A stretch of 63,844 nt of DNA, the filler included, from Choristocarpus tenellus KU-1152 (Eukaryota; Protista; Phaeophyceae): assembly GCA_964200185.2 (NCBI GenBank). It is 10 parts of 10 records of this genome, joined end to end, with 100 filler letters (N's around TTAATTAATTAA, not from the genome) between each part and the next. Parts side by side here need not be neighbours in the genome. Positions count along the whole stretch, not along the records: positions 60,528 to 63,844 come from CAXNAD020020850.1; 9 more parts are not named here. The stretch is one strand, 5' to 3'. This document shows positions 62,440 to 63,844 of this stretch, one piece after another; position 1 is the first letter of the stretch; each line of letters begins with the position of its first letter. The notes beneath the pieces were generated by a model. The model did no database searches. It was not told where the DNA came from and saw only the letters and a program-made list of their open reading frames with translations. Position numbers and translations under genes: made by a program.

Positions 62440-63696
62440 GTGTGGCACACCCTCGCGATGATCCCTGGTGAGCATAAACTTCCTTGACATGTTGGGCCGA
62501 CCCTCGCAGCGGAGTTTGGAGTGTCCGAGCATTGCATGCGAGGGCTCTGGGAAGATGTCGCCAATCAGCTCGCCCGTGGCTACACGCTTGACCTAGGGGT
62601 GGCGGTATGTAGTGGGCGGCCTTCAGAACTCACAACAACCAAGATGGTCGCAATACATAGTATCAACTCCGATAATCGGTCATGTCAGGTGACAATGAAG
62701 ATGGCCACCAAGGGGCTGAATTATAGCATGAGCACCATAAACAGGTGGTTGGATGATATGGGGGGCCATGCCGAATTGCCGCTGGATCAAACCCAAGCTG
62801 AAGTCGTGGCAAAAGGTATGGAGAATGGACTTTGTTTGCGATCAAGTGGACCGGAAACGTGGTGTGTACGCCTCCATTGTAAACACAATCCACATAGATG
62901 AAACCTGGTTTTACATGATAGCTGATGGGGAAAGGGTTGGGATATTCCCACATGAGGATGATAGTGACCTTCCAGGGTCCCCTACTGTGCATGTGCAGCA
63001 CAAGAGTCATATCCCCAAAACCATGATCATTGCAGCCAACACCCGCTCAGATTCGGCTCACAGCTTTGGTGGAAAGCTTGGTGTTTGGCGTGTGTGTGCA
63101 CCAAAAACGGCTGACAGGACAAGCAAGAACCATAAAAAGGGGAATGTATATGTGAACAGGACTGTACTTTAGACCATTTGTGGTACAGGAATTGGTACAC
63201 GGGGGAGTTACTACTTGTAGTCAAGACCAAGATGCCTTGGTTGCAGGCGAAGCACGTTGTCGTTCAGCAAGACGGTGCCACCTCCCACAAGGGCAAGGGA
63301 AGCTCAGAAGTCTTGTCAGGGGAAGGGAAGACTGAGGGGTGGTCGATTAGACTTGTGACGCAGTCATCTAGCTCCCCCAACCTCAATATGATGGACCTGT
63401 GCTTCTTCAGGTCTTTAAAATGCCGGGTGATGGGGGAGCGGTTTGGGTCCGTCGAGGAGATGGTGAAGGCCATTAAAAAACAGTATGAGGAGTAGGATGA
63501 AACCATACTTTAGAGGACTTGGCAGCTCTTTTTTGTGGTGTACAATCAAGTACTTAGATACAAAGGGGGGAATGACTTCAGTGTGGAGCACACTTGGGCA
63601 AGGAAGAGGCAGTTGTTAGGTGAGCTTGAAAACATGCTGAAGGTAGATAAGGAGGTTTTTTCTGTGGCTGATAAAATTGTGATGGATGGAGAGTAA
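62440..63696 (+). mobile_element. Tc1/mariner transposase pseudogene, plant/oomycete DD39D-type (here DD40D)
   Basis: IHIDETWFY...VQHKSHIPKTM...GKLGVW...RTSKNHKKG; VVVQQDGATSH...LVTQSSSSPNLNMMDLCFFRSLK; GGNDF. Several frameshifts and stops; 40 residues between the 2nd and 3rd Asp. The 5' boundary is approximate. Confidence 0.9.
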
Positions 63697-63766
63697 TAAT
63701 AAGAAAAAGAGCTGACCCTAACCACTAATTCGTCAAGGATTCCAAATCTTCTTTCAGAAATAAATT

Positions 63767-63844
63767 AACCCAAAGTATCTGGGGGGGGGGGGGGGGGGTA
63801 TCCCCTGGGGGTCCAATATGGGCAAAAAAGTGAAAAAATTTATT
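63767..63844 (-). mobile_element. MITE family B right terminus (reverse orientation; low-quality poly-G sequence)
   Basis: AACCCAAAGTATCTGGGG... resembles the reverse complement of the right end at 58541 (GACCCAAAGTATCAGGGG). Confidence 0.55.

Overview
This is eukaryotic nuclear DNA, not a contiguous locus. Ten short contigs are joined by nine artificial 100-nt spacers (N44-TTAATTAATTAA-N44), so no gene neighbourhood can be read across those spacers. Intron-rich genes, TTAGGG telomere-type repeats and the retrotransposon types point to a stramenopile, probably a brown alga or close relative (inference, not tested). Manually spliced genes: a sulfotransferase-like type II membrane protein, ubiquilin/DSK2, RBM42-like RRM protein head-to-head with an RWP-RK transcription factor, a TUP1-like WD40 fragment, complex I NDUFB8 head-to-head with a 78-aa two-TM protein, and a PrsW-like membrane protein fragment. 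Repeats: two related MITE families (TIRs, 4-bp TSD in two copies), CRE-like non-LTR 3' ends with a conserved hairpin, a decayed mariner DD40D transposase, and a dispersed element with a 57-bp array. The most notable signals are (1) decayed Rickettsiales-like bacterial gene fragments (FTR1 iron permease, Rpn-like tail, TraA helicase) embedded in host DNA, two of them inside an intron; (2) CpG-island-like gene starts with CpG-depleted gene bodies and C>T nonsense decay, implying CG methylation; (3) dense short interstitial TTAGGG arrays, some apparently added into individual transposon copies. All family assignments come from recognised motifs; no database search was run. No CRISPR or intact prokaryotic system is supported.
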